Positions 51,208 to 61,199 of a DNA stretch of 64,000 nt are shown here, one piece after another. The notes beneath the pieces were generated by a model. That model saw nothing but the letters and a program-made list of their open reading frames with translations, was not told where the DNA came from and did not search any database. The stretch is from Podospora anserina (lineage: Eukaryota): assembly GCA_017654855.1 (NCBI GenBank), contig CM030335.1, positions 434,001 to 498,000 of the forward strand, given 5' to 3'. The translations under genes and the position numbers were made by a program. Position 1 is the first letter of the stretch. Each line of letters starts with the position of its first letter.

Positions 51208-52038
51208 TTATTTCTCAATCAACCCCGTAAACTCAAGCCTCTCCTTCGAGCACGGCTGGAGCAGCTCCTTCAAGACCGGGATCCACCACTCCTCATGCGA
51301 ATGACAAAGCTTCATGGCAAAGGCATACTCAGCATACTCAGGATAAAAGCCACTCCTTTCCCAGTCGATAATCCCAGTTATTTGGCCATCCTTAACCATG
51401 ATATTCCTCGGTGTCAGATCTCCATGCGTCAGAACAAAATTCCCAGACGAAGCGCGGCGTTCCTTTTCCACAAATCTCTTCCATTTCCACTTAGTGAGTG
51501 CATTCCCGTTCACCCGGGCGAGACACCACTCATCGAATTGCTCCTCGCTGTCAAACGGCCCCAGCTTGGTGGTGCCAATCGAGTCGTAGAGGTTCTGGGC
51601 TGGTTGCCGATCCAAGCGACCAATGAAGGGTTGTTTGCAGGCGCGCATGCGGGTAAGTTGGGTGCGCAGCTGCTCTTTGATACTCGATTGTTCGCCGGGA
51701 GTCAAGTCATGCCAGGCCTGATCAAGGCTAACGCCAGGAACCAACTCGCTGACCATCACACGGGCGAGAAGTCTGTGGGCAATCACGTCGTAGACGCCAC
51801 GGACGTTGGGAGCTAGGATACCATTGGTAGCAGCGTATTGCATCATGTCGGCCTCGGAACGATCAAATCCCTTTGGAGGCTTGACTTTGACGGCTAGAGC
51901 TACACCGGATGGGGTGGTGGTTTTGATGACGCGGTTGCCGAAAAAGTTGTAGATTTCGTTTCCCTTGACTGCGTCCACGTAGCCCATCGTTTTGAGGTTG
52001 GGCAGCTCATCTTTGGGGTCGACTGTTGGGTTGGCCAT
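51208..52038 (-). CDS. APH/choline-kinase-like phosphotransferase
   Basis: AVKVK..EA..M, LTHGDLTPRNIMV..GIIDWERSGFYP..EY. Confidence 0.9.
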   Translation of the reverse strand: MANPTVDPKDELPNLKTMGYVDAVKGNEIYNFFGNRVIKTTTPSGVALAVKVKPPKGFDRSEADMMQYAATNGILAPNVRGVYDVIAHRLLARVMVSELVPGVSLDQAWHDLTPGEQSSIKEQLRTQLTRMRACKQPFIGRLDRQPAQNLYDSIGTTKLGPFDSEEQFDEWCLARVNGNALTKWKWKRFVEKERRASSGNFVLTHGDLTPRNIMVKDGQITGIIDWERSGFYPEYAEYAFAMKLCHSHEEWWIPVLKELLQPCSKERLEFTGLIEK

Positions 52039-52625
52039 ATTTTCGGGTTTATTAGGGAGTTACGATGAGAGAGATTACGTGGAGTATTTGGTGATCGAAG
52101 ACAATGTATGTTTTGGTTCACTCTTTTATGGTTGTCGGGTTGTATTTATGGAGCAGTCGTTGTCGTTGGCTGTTGGTTTGTTTCACGACATCGCTCCTTC
52201 ACCCCGCATTTTTCTGCTGGGCCACACACTAGGTAGGGTAAGGGTTATGGCGCAGTGCATCGCCAGTCTTCGCCCTGGGCCTCTTCGCCGTAATACTACC
52301 TGCCGCTGACTGGCAACGATATGACGGTTGAACGAGAGAGGATATCTATGTTGTGGCTCAAGCAGGCCTCCACGTTCCCGACAAAAAAACAGTAAGGGTA
52401 CAGATCCGATGTTTTGTACAAAGAATTGCTGTCAGCGCGCAGCGCAACAGAACTTGTGTTGATGTCTATCTAGTAGTCTGTGATTTCTAACCAACAGAGA
52501 TCTTATGGTACGTGTATCCAACAAACAACCAAAACTCCAAACGCCATCTACCGCCATTGCCAATTCTCCATGTCAAAGAACAACACCCCCATCAATCAAA
52601 GTGCCATTGCTTCTCCTGATACTAC

Positions 52626-53459
52626 TCAGTTGATGGAAAAGCGACTGTTTGAGCGGCCACTATCCCGACGGCTTGGGCCGGGAGCCGGAGCCGGCGGAGG
52701 CGCAGCCCTGTGCCGCCCCATGGCGGTCGTCATCCTAGTCAGAGGCGTCGGGCGATCATCGCGAATATGACTGATGGCTTCGGCGGTGACATCCTCGGGC
52801 CACAGCTGATTCATATAAATGATGCTCTCCAAGCAGAAATGCTGGCAGTTATTGAAGAGCTGATGGTAATCGCCGCTGCGGTTGAAAACCTCTTCTGTGG
52901 CGCGCCTGACCTGTTGGTTGTTGACGATGGCGCCATTGATCGGGAATGCAGACCTGGCCCTGGTGTTTGTCAACACGTATATTTCCTCGTTGACTGCGTA
53001 GTTTGTTTTGGCCTTGGTTCCGCTGGATCCACCAGGCAGGATGCTGATGTGGTACAGCCTGCCCTGCGGGCTCCCGTCCTCATCGGGAAGGAAGAGCCCC
53101 TGGTGCCCAGTAGTGTTGCTTCCCCACCCGACGCGGTGTAGCTGACGCCGAACTCTCATGTCAAGCTCAACGGAAGAGCTTCCACGTGAACCAGGTCTTG
53201 ACGGTGCACGGGGAGCGGAGTCTCTAGAAGGAGGACGGGCCCCGTTAGAGTCTCTGGAGGGAGGGCGAGAGGCATTAGAGTCTCTGGAGGGAGGGCGAGC
53301 AGCAGAGTCTCTTGAGGGAGGACGGGAACTGCTAGAAGGGGCCACAGAAGAGCCACGGCTGGCGGTACCGTGACTGGAAGCCGGCCGGCCGGAGCTGGTA
53401 GAGGGACGGGGAGCCTGAGCCTGAGAGTGGGTGGAAGAGCTGGAAGAGCGACGAGACAT
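52626..53459 (-). CDS. Hypothetical protein: S/R/P-repeat N-terminus plus a putative permuted papain-like (PPPDE/LRAT-type) domain
   Basis: GHQGLF...LYHI...YHQLFNNCQHF motif order and four RPPSRDS repeats. Confidence 0.7.
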   Translation of the reverse strand: MSRRSSSSSTHSQAQAPRPSTSSGRPASSHGTASRGSSVAPSSSSRPPSRDSAARPPSRDSNASRPPSRDSNGARPPSRDSAPRAPSRPGSRGSSSVELDMRVRRQLHRVGWGSNTTGHQGLFLPDEDGSPQGRLYHISILPGGSSGTKAKTNYAVNEEIYVLTNTRARSAFPINGAIVNNQQVRRATEEVFNRSGDYHQLFNNCQHFCLESIIYMNQLWPEDVTAEAISHIRDDRPTPLTRMTTAMGRHRAAPPPAPAPGPSRRDSGRSNSRFSIN

Positions 53460-54687
53460 GGTTCTTGATGTTGGAAAAGGGGTTGGAGATAACGATGGGT
53501 AAGCGAGAGATAATGATAATGCGGGAGGCTTCGATCAACGATGCTGAATGTATGTTTGGGCTGGCGAGGGTCGGTTTCATTCTTGAGAGAGCAACGAGGT
53601 GTATTAATACAAGTTTTTATCCAGTAGATAGATACCTAAGGTAGCTGATCATCTGGACCACCAGACATTACCGAAGTGGCCAACAGCCAGGTCTGTAACA
53701 AGCCTGACCACATCTCGGCTCATATCACGACGCGTTGACCAACGGACAGCCTAGACTGAACATCACCAATCTCACGGCGTTGAGGATCTTGGCCTAGACG
53801 GCAAGCCAACACGGTGACATTTGAATCCATACGGTGGAGCCAGCAAGGCCAAACGCTTCTGTAAATAGTGCAACCAACCCCTTCTTCTTGGCTTGACCAC
53901 TGCGGTGGACGGGGAACCAGACCCTGAACTGTGGAGTTCAAGGATCAGAATGCCCATATTCACCACTGGCTGCCCATCTTATGACATTCTGAGGCCGGAT
54001 GTGGCGTGGCGGCCCGTCGTATACGTATGAACGCCTTGCGGCGCGGAGACTGTGCCTCTCGGAAGGCCATAAGTTACCAAAATAGGCTCAGGATTTGGTT
54101 AGTAGCATTCGCTTATCGCCGAACTTTGGGGAATTACGCCTCGAGGTTGCCTATATCCATCAAAGCTGTTGGTCCCAAAGCCGATGTTGGTGTATCTATT
54201 CCTCCCCTGGCTCAATACCAAACATTGAACAGCAAGACTGACCGTGAAGATCAACGCCACTGTCCAGAGCTGTACGCCCCAACTTAGGTAGCTCTCCTGC
54301 TACGCTGTAGAAGAACATTGGCTTAATTCCTGCCCCTTGCATCATTCATCTATCGCGACAGCTTTCGATCCCGCCACCAGGTCTCCATGCAGTCGTCCCG
54401 GCTGTGTGTGTCCAACCGTGGACGGCCCAATTAACCAGTGCACATTAGCCGACTGACAGTGCCGGTGCAACTCAAATTCCAACCACACAACCATCACGAC
54501 CAAGGTTTCTTAACGAGGTACCCCGCCGGCAAACTGTTGACCTTCCATCAGTGGCAATTCTTGGCAAACTGCTACACCTTGGCAGGTGAGTCGAGGCCAG
54601 CCGTAGATCAATGTATATAGCCATAAACAGATGCGTTGGGACCAACGATGAGACTTGGTTTCTCAGGCGCAGTTTCTGTTCAACACC

Positions 54688-57600
54688 ATGCGGCTCTTGA
54701 TTTGGGCTTGGGCTGCTGCCAGCCTCTCTTTTGGCTGTGTTGCGTTGCTTGAGGAGCGAATTGTTTCGTTTGAGGTCGATGCTGATGCGGCGGCGGCAAG
54801 CGCACAACTCGATATCGCCAGTGCTCCGATTCTTGTCTCTGAGGATGATCCGATTGGCGTTCATATTGCGGCCAACAGTCTGGCGAAGGATCTTGAGCAA
54901 ATCACTGGAATAACCAGGTCTGTCGCCAACGCGACCTTGGCCAGCATCTCGAGCGAGGCAAACCGGGGCCCATTCATCATCGCCGGCTCGGTCAATTCGA
55001 CATTGATCCGCGACCTGTCCTCTCAAGGCGTCATCAACGTGTCGGATATTCGGGGGAAATGGGAGACTTTCAAGACAACCACGGTTCGGCTTTCTGGCAG
55101 CAGACCTGCACTTGTCATTGCGGGAAGCGACAAGAGAGGTGTCATATTCGGGATCCACACGCTCGCAGAGCAATCAGGGCAGTCGCCATACCATTGGTTT
55201 GCCGATGTGCCTGCCCAGAAACATTCCCAAATCTTTGCCCTCAACAAAACGACAGTTCATGGCGAACCAACCGTCAGATACAGGGGGCTTTTCATCAACG
55301 ATGAAGAGCCGGCGCTGAACACGTGGTGGGCCCGTCAACACAACGCTACGCGATATCCTCTCGACACGGAATTTTACGCCCGTGTATTTGATCTTTTGCT
55401 TCGTCTGAAGGCCAACTACCTCTGGCCAGCAATGTGGAAATCATGGACGCCACCGCCGGGCAATATCTTTTTTATCGATGACCCTGGAAACCAGCAGCTG
55501 GCGGATGATTATGGAATCGTTATTTCTACCGCTCATCACGAGCCGATGCAAATGGCTACCAACGAGTGGAACGAGACGGAGAGAGGCCCGTGGGATTGGT
55601 CCAAGAACAAGGCCAATGTGACCAAGTTCTTTGAGGAGGGTATCGCCCGTGCTGGCAAGAATGAGTCTTACTTCACCATTGGGATGAGGGGTCTGGGAGA
55701 TGAGGCGGCGAATACCCAGAACGCAATCGAGATGCTCAAGGATGTGTTTAAGGTTCAGCGGGGGATCATCAAGAAGTTTCATGGGTCTGAGACGGCTGTC
55801 AACCAGGTGTGGGCGCTGTACAAAGAGGTGGCCTCGTATTATGACGCTGGTTTGGATCCGGATGGTGATATTACGCTATTGTTCCCAGATGACAACCAGG
55901 GGAATGTTTACCGTCTTCCAACCGGGAACGAAACCGAGCGGCCAGGTGGGACTGGAGTGTACTTCCACTTTGAGTATGTCGGTTTGCCGAGGTCTTACAA
56001 GTGGCATAACACCAACAACCTAGGCAAGGTGTACAAGGAGCTGTTGCACTCTCACTTGAGAGGTGCAAATAGGATTTGGATCATGAATGTGGGCGACATT
56101 AAACCAATGGAGTTACCGCTGAACCTGGCTATGGACCTAGCTTGGGATGCGTCGAGCATTTCGTTTGACAGCATCCCGCAATACCTGGTTCAGTATGCCG
56201 CCAGGGAGTTTGGCCCTGAACACGCAGAGGAGATTGGCGATATTCTTATGGAGCACTCTCGTCTGGTTGGGATGCGTCGATATGAGCACATTGACCCGGC
56301 TACGTTTTCAACCACTGCTTATCACGAAGCCGAACGGGTCCTCTCACGCTGGGACTACTTGGCGAGTCGCGTCAACAATGTCACTGCACTTCTCCCGGCT
56401 GAGACTAAACCCGCATTCTTTCAACTGGTCGGTCAACCGGTCCTCTCAGGGGCAACATTTGTCTCGGTGGCCATCAAGACAGCCTTCAACCTTCGATATG
56501 CTCGCGAAAGAAGAAACTCGGCCAACCTCCTTGCTTCCAGCGTTCTGGAGCACTTCGAAACCTCCTTTGACCTCATAGAAGAATGGGACAACATGCTCGA
56601 CGGAAAGTGGGCGGACATGATGTCCCAAGCGGTCTACGACGCAGTCGAAGAACCCAAAATGTGGGCCAACCCATCAAGAGACATTCTTTCCAACCTCTCC
56701 TATGTCCAAATCCGACAAAACATGCAGTTCTCTCTCGGCAACCTCGGTCTCTACGCCGAAGGTTCCTCTTCCCCTGCTGAACAAGGCCGCTGGGCCGAGT
56801 CAGTCGACGCCAGCATGCCCACCACCAACTTTGCACCTCTACTCCCCCAACTTGACCCCTTTGCCGCACTGCAGGAGAGGATAGTGGAGGTTTTCCACAG
56901 AGGCGATCATCGCGTCCCTCTCAACTGGACTCTTGACCCTTGGGAGGAAGACTGGCTGCACATCACCCCTACAGGCGGCACGTTGAACTCGACCCATCCA
57001 GACGACAAAATCGTCCTTTCCATCCCCGACTGGTCAAAAGTCCCGGTTGAGTTTAACAAAACAGTTTTCATCGGAGTCCGCTCGACACCGGCACGATACC
57101 CCTATTTTGATCAAATCCGGCTTCCGGTCCTGAACTTTGTTCCCCCAAACACGTTTGAGGGATACCCAGAGTCATCGGGGGGTTACATCTCCATCGAGGC
57201 CCCTCATTTCTCCCCTAACTTCTCCACCCCAAACACCTCCGACATTCACTTCCTGGCTATCCGCAACCTAGGCACGAGATCAAACACCGGCTCTCTTGCC
57301 CTCCGGCCTTTCTTGTCTGCTAGGGGAGATGTTCCCAAGGCGAAAGAAGTGAAGGCTGTATATCCCATCTATTTATTTTCTGACAGCCCCCCGAGCGTGA
57401 AACACAATGTTACTGCAACGGTGTTTATCAACGCAGGGTTGGACACCGACCCGAGGCTCAAGATGGAGTTCTCGCTCACGTTGGATGATCAGCCGGCGAG
57501 GTTTCAGAGGGTGTTGGGGGATTATGTCAAGAATCCGCATGCGGGGGATATACCGCCTGAGTGGTTGCCGCACGTGGCTGATCAGGTGTGGACAAAAAAG

Positions 57601-57855
57601 GTTAATTTAGGGGAGGTGGGGGAGGGGAGGCACGAGGTTGTTTGGAGAGTGAATTCGCCAGAGGTGTATTTGGAGAAGATTGTGGTTGATGTTAGGGGGG
57701 TGGTGCAGGATAGTTATCTGGGACCAGGGGAGACGAGGTGGGTGGATGCGACGGAGGTTATGGGGGGGGAGAGAAGGGGGAGGGGGAAGAGGTGGAGGGG
57801 GAAGGGGAAGAGGGGGTGGAGGAGTAGGATGGGGGTGGGAGGGTTGTGGATGTGA
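54688..57855 (+). CDS. GH115 alpha-glucuronidase
   Basis: Signal peptide from ATG 54688, AGSDKRG, SPYHWFADVP, YRGLFINDE, LLRLKANYLWPAMW, HHEPM, GMRGLGD, WIMNVGDIKPME, SYLGP.E. Confidence 0.95.
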   Translation: MRLLIWAWAAASLSFGCVALLEERIVSFEVDADAAAASAQLDIASAPILVSEDDPIGVHIAANSLAKDLEQITGITRSVANATLASISSEANRGPFIIAGSVNSTLIRDLSSQGVINVSDIRGKWETFKTTTVRLSGSRPALVIAGSDKRGVIFGIHTLAEQSGQSPYHWFADVPAQKHSQIFALNKTTVHGEPTVRYRGLFINDEEPALNTWWARQHNATRYPLDTEFYARVFDLLLRLKANYLWPAMWKSWTPPPGNIFFIDDPGNQQLADDYGIVISTAHHEPMQMATNEWNETERGPWDWSKNKANVTKFFEEGIARAGKNESYFTIGMRGLGDEAANTQNAIEMLKDVFKVQRGIIKKFHGSETAVNQVWALYKEVASYYDAGLDPDGDITLLFPDDNQGNVYRLPTGNETERPGGTGVYFHFEYVGLPRSYKWHNTNNLGKVYKELLHSHLRGANRIWIMNVGDIKPMELPLNLAMDLAWDASSISFDSIPQYLVQYAAREFGPEHAEEIGDILMEHSRLVGMRRYEHIDPATFSTTAYHEAERVLSRWDYLASRVNNVTALLPAETKPAFFQLVGQPVLSGATFVSVAIKTAFNLRYARERRNSANLLASSVLEHFETSFDLIEEWDNMLDGKWADMMSQAVYDAVEEPKMWANPSRDILSNLSYVQIRQNMQFSLGNLGLYAEGSSSPAEQGRWAESVDASMPTTNFAPLLPQLDPFAALQERIVEVFHRGDHRVPLNWTLDPWEEDWLHITPTGGTLNSTHPDDKIVLSIPDWSKVPVEFNKTVFIGVRSTPARYPYFDQIRLPVLNFVPPNTFEGYPESSGGYISIEAPHFSPNFSTPNTSDIHFLAIRNLGTRSNTGSLALRPFLSARGDVPKAKEVKAVYPIYLFSDSPPSVKHNVTATVFINAGLDTDPRLKMEFSLTLDDQPARFQRVLGDYVKNPHAGDIPPEWLPHVADQVWTKKVNLGEVGEGRHEVVWRVNSPEVYLEKIVVDVRGVVQDSYLGPGETRWVDATEVMGGERRGRGKRWRGKGKRGWRSRMGVGGLWM

Positions 57856-58334
57856 GGGTTGGTTTACCCCTGAGCTCAATTCCTGAGCTTTACCCCTGAG
57901 TGCAAGGTCAATATTGACATGACATGCTTGAAGCAAAACAGACTCTGTGCCCTTCCCAAAATGCACAACTGTGCGCGTTGGTGCCAGTTGCAATTGCTCT
58001 TTGTCTCGCAACAGAGTTTTCTGTGTTTCGATTGATATCGCGAGACTTCATTCCAGCCCTGTTGTTAACAATTGAACTGCCCCACCCTTTGTGACTGCGA
58101 GCTTCTTTGAGGCCGAGTCTGAATGCAGACACTTGAACTCGTCTCCCTTTGTGTAGCTAGAGGTCGAGAAGCTCGAACAAAAACACCGGCTCTTTGTTCA
58201 CTACCAACTCGACGTTAATTTTTTCTTATCTCTAATAAATCCAACCACTGTTTATTTTCAACCCTCAAACCTCATGTAAGATACATTCAGTCATCATCGG
58301 ACAAGTGATATTGAGTTGAGACATCGAAGTGAAA

Positions 58335-60548
58335 ATGCCTGAAACTCCAGCACATCAATCCGGAAAGTTCGGGCCCACAGAGTCGACATCGGGATGGCGT
58401 GAAAAGAATCCAGACGACATTGATACGACCCCCGAGGATCAGAAGCCGGCGGCCGGAAGGCGTCGCCGATCAACTAGGAAGCGACCCTCCGGAATTCCAG
58501 CTGATAGTGACGACCCTGACAGCTCGCCGACCTACAACAGTCGCCAGGGTAGACCAGTACGGTACAGGCCACCTGCGAATCGAAGGCTGTTTTCGAGGCA
58601 GACGCCTAACCTCCCTATCGCCGGTGTTGGTATCACTCCCGGGCCCTCGACGGACTCACCACCTCAGACACCCGAGGAACAGGCTATTGCCGCTGGCAAT
58701 AAACGACAAAGGGAACGGGGCTCGACGCCCCTTGCACCTCGTGCCAACAGACGACGCGTGGATGAGGCTGGCAGACAGACATACGATGACCCTACCTCGC
58801 CCCCTCGGGGTGGTACGGCCGCACCAGCTACGCCAACGCAATGGATTCATGATGATGATATGGATAAAGAGAGACAGGACTCGGATGAGGAGGAGCACCC
58901 GTCACCTAATGCAGCGCGGGCAGCAAGAAAGATTTTGAGACCTACGGGTACAAGAAATACCGCGGGGATTTTGGACAGGCAGGCCCTTTTGGCAAAGGCT
59001 CGGGAAGAACGCGAGAAGGTCAGTCAATTGACTAGCGCGTTTGGAGGCATGTCTGTCAACCGGATGGATTTAGACTGGCAGCCGGAGACATCTGCCAGAC
59101 CTGACCCTCCTCGTGTGCCTGTCCAGCTCCCGCAGATTGACTGGGATGCTCCCATTGACCAGGAGCCAATGGTGATTGATGATGCGCCCCCGCCATTGGC
59201 CAAGATGCTGAGGTTGTGGCAGAAGGCGAAGGACAGGCTGGGCTTAAAGGACAGCCAAACTGAGAGAAGCCAGCAGCAGGTAGACGACGAGCTGACCCGG
59301 ACTGGGACGGAGGAGCAACGATTTCAAAGCCAAAGCACGCCGGACCAGAGCACGAGCAGTGGAAGAACCTATCACCCGTACCGTCCGCTCGTGAACCAGG
59401 GAATCAACCGGCACTCTCCCCAAGCCAGCAGGAACAGGGCCTCTGCTGGAGGATATGCACCAGCACCCCCCTCTTCCTCTGCCAGCTCTAGCCAACCAGG
59501 ACCATCCAGAAACCCTACCCTCCGGCGCATGACCGGCAATGCGAACCTGGCAGCCTCCTACCAATACAAAGCCCCAAGCCCTGACTGGGCCCAACGCCAG
59601 CGCCAGTCGTTTGTCATCGAAGAGAACAACGCGTCGGGAGTATCAAACCTCTACTACAACAAACCAGACCTCCACCGAACCGGCCACGTTAAAAGAATAA
59701 AGTTTGGCGCCGGGCATATCTTTAGCGGCCGGTTCCGGAGACACGGCGGAGAGAACTTCATCATGGCGTTCCCGTATGACATCCGCTTTTTGATCTACAA
59801 GGAGCTCTTGACCTGTCATGCCAGGCTGATCAAGCTTGGTGCCGGCGCGCCGTTGATTACAGTAGGCATGGACATCCCGCCGTGTGACAACCAGATCATG
59901 TTTACTTCCAAGACGATCCATCTCGAGACCTTTAGAATTTTCTACGGGATCAACACGTTTGAGATCAAGGTTAACTGGGAGCACTTTCTTGATCCGTTGC
60001 ATTTCTTGCCGGCAGACTTTGGGCTTGCGGTGAGGAAGATCAACCTTGTGCACGACTTCAAGATCAACTCCAATTTGAGGGAGGTGCTCGCCAGGATGAA
60101 TGATATACCCTGTTACCACTACCCCAGCGGCCCGTCAACGCGCATTTTGGATTTTAACAGTTGGGCACCTATTCTCCAGAGGTTGGATTACTTGCATGTT
60201 GAGTGGAAGGTGGAAACGTGGGTGCGGCACAGGTTGTATGCGGGTGCGGATTTGAACAAGACGAGACTGACAAAGAAGGATGGGTGGGAGGGGTGGGATG
60301 GGATTTGGTTCGCGATGCAGATGTACAAGACGACGCAGAAGGCGGGGAGCCAGAGGACGAGCAGTTACTTTTGTTACTGGGACAGCTGGATGGATCCGAG
60401 GTTTGGGATGGATCTGGGGTCGTATCATACTTGTGGTGCGAGGTGCAAGTATATGGAGGATTTCTTTGCCAAGTTGTGGGAGACGGATGTTGGGGCGGAT
60501 TTCGATCGGAACGATTTGGTAAGGGAGGATCCCGACTCGGAGTTCTAA
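58335..60548 (+). CDS. Hypothetical protein: disordered N-terminal half and F-box-like C-terminal domain
   Basis: ~737-aa ORF. FIMAFPYDIRFLIYKELL..IHLE..FYGINTF resembles fungal LP.EIR..IY / FY..N.F domains. Confidence 0.75.
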   Translation: MPETPAHQSGKFGPTESTSGWREKNPDDIDTTPEDQKPAAGRRRRSTRKRPSGIPADSDDPDSSPTYNSRQGRPVRYRPPANRRLFSRQTPNLPIAGVGITPGPSTDSPPQTPEEQAIAAGNKRQRERGSTPLAPRANRRRVDEAGRQTYDDPTSPPRGGTAAPATPTQWIHDDDMDKERQDSDEEEHPSPNAARAARKILRPTGTRNTAGILDRQALLAKAREEREKVSQLTSAFGGMSVNRMDLDWQPETSARPDPPRVPVQLPQIDWDAPIDQEPMVIDDAPPPLAKMLRLWQKAKDRLGLKDSQTERSQQQVDDELTRTGTEEQRFQSQSTPDQSTSSGRTYHPYRPLVNQGINRHSPQASRNRASAGGYAPAPPSSSASSSQPGPSRNPTLRRMTGNANLAASYQYKAPSPDWAQRQRQSFVIEENNASGVSNLYYNKPDLHRTGHVKRIKFGAGHIFSGRFRRHGGENFIMAFPYDIRFLIYKELLTCHARLIKLGAGAPLITVGMDIPPCDNQIMFTSKTIHLETFRIFYGINTFEIKVNWEHFLDPLHFLPADFGLAVRKINLVHDFKINSNLREVLARMNDIPCYHYPSGPSTRILDFNSWAPILQRLDYLHVEWKVETWVRHRLYAGADLNKTRLTKKDGWEGWDGIWFAMQMYKTTQKAGSQRTSSYFCYWDSWMDPRFGMDLGSYHTCGARCKYMEDFFAKLWETDVGADFDRNDLVREDPDSEF

Positions 60549-61199
60549 GCGCTGTTGGTTTATTGACGGTGGTAGTAAAATGTCGTAAAGTTTGATACAG
60601 ATCTTCAATACTACTTTTGTGTTTATCAAGCTCATTGTATATTCCATGTTTGCTTCAGGGGTGAACTCAGGGGGTAAACATGGTGAGACAGACAGGGTTA
60701 GGGTTCGGCTGGTCATGTCAACTGCTCGATGTTGATCTTTCTGCCCTCCACAATCCACATCGTTTTTGACATATCAGACTTCATCAGAGTGAGATAAGAG
60801 ACTTAATCAGAGCGTCAATGCCTTATCTCAACATCAAATCGGAAGGTGTGGTTGGGCAGTCGCACGCCATGAGCGGGGGTGCAACAAGCGCGCACGCAAT
60901 TTTGAGGAGGGCTGACGATTGGGACGCCAGGGAGGGAGGAACGACGCCATTGCCCGACCGGCACCGACGCTCTTCTCCCTGTTGTCTTCCTTCTCCCCCA
61001 AATATGCCATCATCTGCCGCAATCATGGAGGGTAGTGGCGTTGCCTCACACTCTTCCTTGGTCGATACCATCTTTTCTATTTGTTCTATCTTTTGATGTA
61101 TGTATGTACACGCCGGCATGACCACCACCAATCGAGCAGCCAAGACGTCACCTATAGCCCCCAAACGCCGTCAACGCCCAAAACCGACACGGATCGCCA

